From positions 1-49,976 of the IMG/VR virus record IMGVR_UViG_3300032212_000016: 49,976 nucleotides of DNA, one strand, 5' to 3'. Numbering within the stretch: the stretch's first letter is position 1; the number at the start of each line of letters is the position of its first letter. Below, one piece after another: positions 46,824-49,976 of the stretch. A program made the position numbers and the translations under genes. The notes under the pieces were generated by a model. It was not told the DNA's origin, ran no database searches, and saw nothing but the letters and a program-made list of their open reading frames with translations. The stretch is from a virus (Duplodnaviria; Caudoviricetes).

Positions 46824-46897
46824 AATTTATTAAGAGAAATATAAAGTAGTCTAGACTACATTAATTATAAGGTACTATCATAGGAGTATAAAAATAT

Positions 46898-47071
46898 ATG
46901 AGTACGGATAATACATACACAATATACTGTGAAGTATGTGAAAGAGATGTAGAACATAATACTGATACTGGTGAACCATCAGAGACAGAAGATTGTTCTA
47001 CTTTTGAATGTCCCATTATTGGTTGTTGTAGAGATGGGGGTGATCCTGAAGAGTTAGATTTCTCAGTTTAA
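46898..47071 (+). CDS. Small acidic Cys-rich protein (57 aa)
   Basis: Read manually: AGGAG RBS, CEVC...C...CP..GCC. Confidence 0.6.
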   Translation: MSTDNTYTIYCEVCERDVEHNTDTGEPSETEDCSTFECPIIGCCRDGGDPEELDFSV

Positions 47072-47200
47072 TATAAAAAAGAAAATAGAATATAGAGGTT
47101 AGTGAAATGAGCGGATATTACAAACGAGTGAGGTATACGAAGCAAAACAACTTACGCAATGTATAAAGATCTGTTAGCACAGAATAAGGAGTAATGAATA

Positions 47201-47302
47201 ATGAATAAAGAATTTGAAGAGTGGGAATATAAAAAGACTAAAGGTACAGTAGCATTTGTAGGTTTATTTGCTGTAATATTGATAACATTGTTGGAGGGAT
47301 AA
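47201..47302 (+). CDS. 33-aa peptide with C-terminal hydrophobic segment
   Basis: AAGGAG RBS; abuts the primase ATG. Confidence 0.4.
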   Translation: MNKEFEEWEYKKTKGTVAFVGLFAVILITLLEG

Positions 47303-48973
47303 ATGAATGAAGATAAATATGAAGAAGGTGGGGAATTACTATATCATACAGCTTGTATAAACCCTAAGTGTGGGAGTAGTGATGCTCTAGCGATATATGA
47401 GAAAGAGGGTGGTAAAGTAGATGGTTGGTGTTGGTCTTGTAATTCATATTTTAAATACCCATTAAAACATATTGGAGATACAGTGGATAATTCAAAGGCT
47501 AATCCTAGTGAAGTCTCATATGAGGAAACTGAGGATGTAAAAAAGTACCCTATCAGGGCATTGGAAAGTAGGGGTATTAGTAAGGCAGCGGCAGATAAGT
47601 ATGGTGTACGCTGTACAGTTAGTACAGAGAATGGGGAAATAGATGCACATTTTTATCCCGTATATAAGAATGGGGTATTATCTGGGTATAAAAAGAGAGG
47701 ATTGCCAAAAAGTTTTCATTCTATAGGAGACACTAAAAATAGTGAATTATTTGGACAACATATTTGTGGTAATGGGGGTAAATTATTAGTAATTACTGAA
47801 GGGGAGATTGATGCTTTATCTGCGTATGATATGTTCAGAAGTAAAGGAAAAAATTATAGAGTGGTCGGTTTACCTACTGGTGCAAATACAAAGGCTATTA
47901 AAAATAATTTAGAATGGATTGAGAAATTTGATACTATCATACTCGCATTAGATCAGGATGATATAGGTAATGAAACATCACAGAATATTGCTGATGTGAT
48001 TAGTAACGGTAAGGTTAAGATAGCCTCTTTCTCTGAGAAAGACCCTAATGATATGTTAATTAAGGGTAAGTCTAATGAGTTCTTTGAGAGTATAATGAAT
48101 TCTCAAGAGTTTAGACCTGATGGTATAGTTTCTATTGATGATATATTTGAAGATGCAGTAAAACCTGTTGAATGGGGATCTAGTTGGCCTTGGCCTAAAT
48201 TAACAGAATTAACATATGGTAGACGTAGGAAGGAGATGTATGGGTTAGGAGCGGGTACTGGGACTGGTAAAACTGAGTTATTTAAGGAAGTAATAGACCA
48301 TATCTTAGATACAGAAGACAGTCCTGTAGGTATCCTATTCTTAGAGGAAGAACCTGCCATGACAGCTAAGATATTAGCTGGTAAGTCAGTTAACAAAACA
48401 TTCCATATACCAGATTCAGGATGGACTGGTGATGAATTAATAGATTCCTTAACTAAAATGAAGGATCGTGTATTCTTCTATGATCATTGGGGAAGTAAGG
48501 ACTTTGAGAGTCTTCGTAGTAAAATAAGATATATGGTAGTTACATTGGGTATAAAAGATATCTTCTTAGACCACCTCACAGCCCTTGTAGCAGAAGAAAG
48601 TGATGAGAATAAGGCATTAGGTAGGATTATGTCTCAATTAGCTGCTATGACTCAGGAACTAGACTTTACATTATACTATATATCCCATTTAGCTACCCCT
48701 AGTGGTATTCCTCATGAGGAGGGAGGTAGAGTTACCAGTAGTCAGTTTAGGGGGAGCCGTTCTATCGCTTTCTGGTCACATTATCTATTTGGCCTAGAGA
48801 GGAATCAACAGGCTGATGATATAGAAGAGAGGCATACCACTACATTCCGTGTGTTAAAAGATAGATACACAGGAAGAGCAACAGGTGAAGTGTTTTATAT
48901 GGGATATAACCAATTAGAGGGAAGATTCTATGAGAAGGCTGACCCACCAATTATAGAGGAGGATGAATTCTAA
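47303..48973 (+). CDS. DNA primase-helicase (T7 gp4-like)
   Basis: Zn finger C...KCGSSD...CWSC, TOPRIM TEGEID/LDQD/KDPND, Walker A GTGTGKT, LDH, ISHL and FRGS motifs. Confidence 0.95.
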   Translation: MNEDKYEEGGELLYHTACINPKCGSSDALAIYEKEGGKVDGWCWSCNSYFKYPLKHIGDTVDNSKANPSEVSYEETEDVKKYPIRALESRGISKAAADKYGVRCTVSTENGEIDAHFYPVYKNGVLSGYKKRGLPKSFHSIGDTKNSELFGQHICGNGGKLLVITEGEIDALSAYDMFRSKGKNYRVVGLPTGANTKAIKNNLEWIEKFDTIILALDQDDIGNETSQNIADVISNGKVKIASFSEKDPNDMLIKGKSNEFFESIMNSQEFRPDGIVSIDDIFEDAVKPVEWGSSWPWPKLTELTYGRRRKEMYGLGAGTGTGKTELFKEVIDHILDTEDSPVGILFLEEEPAMTAKILAGKSVNKTFHIPDSGWTGDELIDSLTKMKDRVFFYDHWGSKDFESLRSKIRYMVVTLGIKDIFLDHLTALVAEESDENKALGRIMSQLAAMTQELDFTLYYISHLATPSGIPHEEGGRVTSSQFRGSRSIAFWSHYLFGLERNQQADDIEERHTTTFRVLKDRYTGRATGEVFYMGYNQLEGRFYEKADPPIIEEDEF

Positions 48974-49512
48974 TGGGAGATAGAGTATATTTTACAAGTG
49001 ATTTACATTTTGACCATCATAATATGAGAAATTTTCGTAAAGAAGTACATAATGTAGATTTCATTAGTACTAAAGATATGAATGAGTGGATTGTTGAAAA
49101 TCACAATAAGGTAGTTCGTAAGAAGAATGATATTGTTTGGGTACTTGGTGATGTTAGCTGGAGTTAACATGGATTAGAGTACTTAAAATTAATGAATGGT
49201 AGAAAAAGATTAATCTTAGGGAATCATGATACAGAAGGAAGAGGGTTAAGTATTAATAAGTTTTTACCTTACTTTGAGAGTATACACGGCGTATTAAAGA
49301 AATATGGTGTTGTAATGACACATGTTCCTATTCATGAGCAAGAATTAGTATATAGATGGACACATAATATACACGGACATATTCATCATAAGGAGAAAAT
49401 GATTGAGGATAAAAGGTATATTAATGTTAATATAGACGTTAATAAGGGGTACCCAACTTCTTTAGAATATATTAGAAAAATAATTGAAGATGAATTAAAA
49501 TATAGAGGTTAA
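48973..49512 (+). pseudogene. Metallophosphoesterase interrupted by an in-frame TAA (49165-49167)
   Basis: SDLH and LGD motifs in the first ORF; GNHD, THVP and HGHIH in the second, same frame. Confidence 0.8.
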
Positions 49513-49524
49513 TAAGGAGGGAGT

Positions 49525-49851
49525 ATGAAATATCAACCTGATAATTGGATAATACTAAAGATTAAACAAAAAAATAATGATAAAGAAGGGTATTACTTTA
49601 AGGTTTTGGGGGGATGGAGTGGTGGTTATCTTGATAGTGATTCTTGGAGGATGAATAGTGGTATTAAAGAAATAATTGATAATGGAGATTATTGGGATAT
49701 TATAGGTTCTAGTGGTTCTACATATAGATGTCATAAAGAAGGTGAAAATGTTAGAATGAATATAGCAGGAATCTTAGCTTCTCTTAAGAAGGAATACCCA
49801 GATTCAGTATCAGAAGTTATTATAGAAGAGGCAATTAGTGGAGTATTATAG
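49525..49851 (+). CDS. Conserved phage hypothetical protein
   Basis: PDNW, GWSGGYL.SDSWR.NSG and G.SGS.Y.C motifs. Confidence 0.75.
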   Translation: MKYQPDNWIILKIKQKNNDKEGYYFKVLGGWSGGYLDSDSWRMNSGIKEIIDNGDYWDIIGSSGSTYRCHKEGENVRMNIAGILASLKKEYPDSVSEVIIEEAISGVL

Positions 49852-49976
49852 GGGGTATGTTTAAATGCGTTTAGTATTTGATATGGAAAGTAATAATCTC
49901 CTAGATAATGTAGAACATTGTTGGTGTATAGTGGCTAAGGACATAGATACTGATAAGATGTATTACTTTAAACCAG
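49724..49976. repeat. Terminal overlap of circular assembly (copy 2)
   Basis: Matches 1-253 with one mismatch. Confidence 0.95.

Larger units (their letters stand above)
34988..46860. repeat. Dispersed palindrome (TG)TAGTCTAGACTAC(A), 13 copies
   Basis: Copies start at about 34988, 35082, 35351, 36179, 36436, 36892, 37201, 38309, 38834, 41084, 42097, 45425 and 46846. Confidence 0.95.

Overview
The window looks like one complete, circularly permuted ~49.7 kb lytic podovirus genome: bases 1-253 recur at 49724-49976 with one mismatch. It has two arms that converge on a bidirectional terminator at ~10.6 kb and diverge from a non-coding region at ~34.4-35.2 kb, a layout that resembles Zobellviridae-type phages. 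The plus arm carries small early genes, tRNA-Arg, a phiEco32-like peptide-ligase/amidotransferase cluster, primase-helicase, split PolA, SSB, exonuclease, class II RNR and lysis genes. The minus arm carries the terminases, portal, GroES, capsid, tail and ejection genes. The ORF track misses several signals. (1) An 82-nt tmRNA made only of the tRNA-like domain, with a G3:U70 Ala pair and no tag ORF. (2) A 370-nt group I intron that splits the terminase Walker A motif. (3) 13 copies of the palindrome (TG)TAGTCTAGACTAC(A), confined to the early arm. (4) A sigma54 promoter with an IHF site, tandem enhancer-like repeats and a Fur box, plus three sigmaE-type promoters, although I recognise no phage RNA polymerase or sigma gene. 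(5) Probable ATT and ATC start codons. (6) Two genes broken by in-frame TAA codons. All calls were made by eye without database searches.
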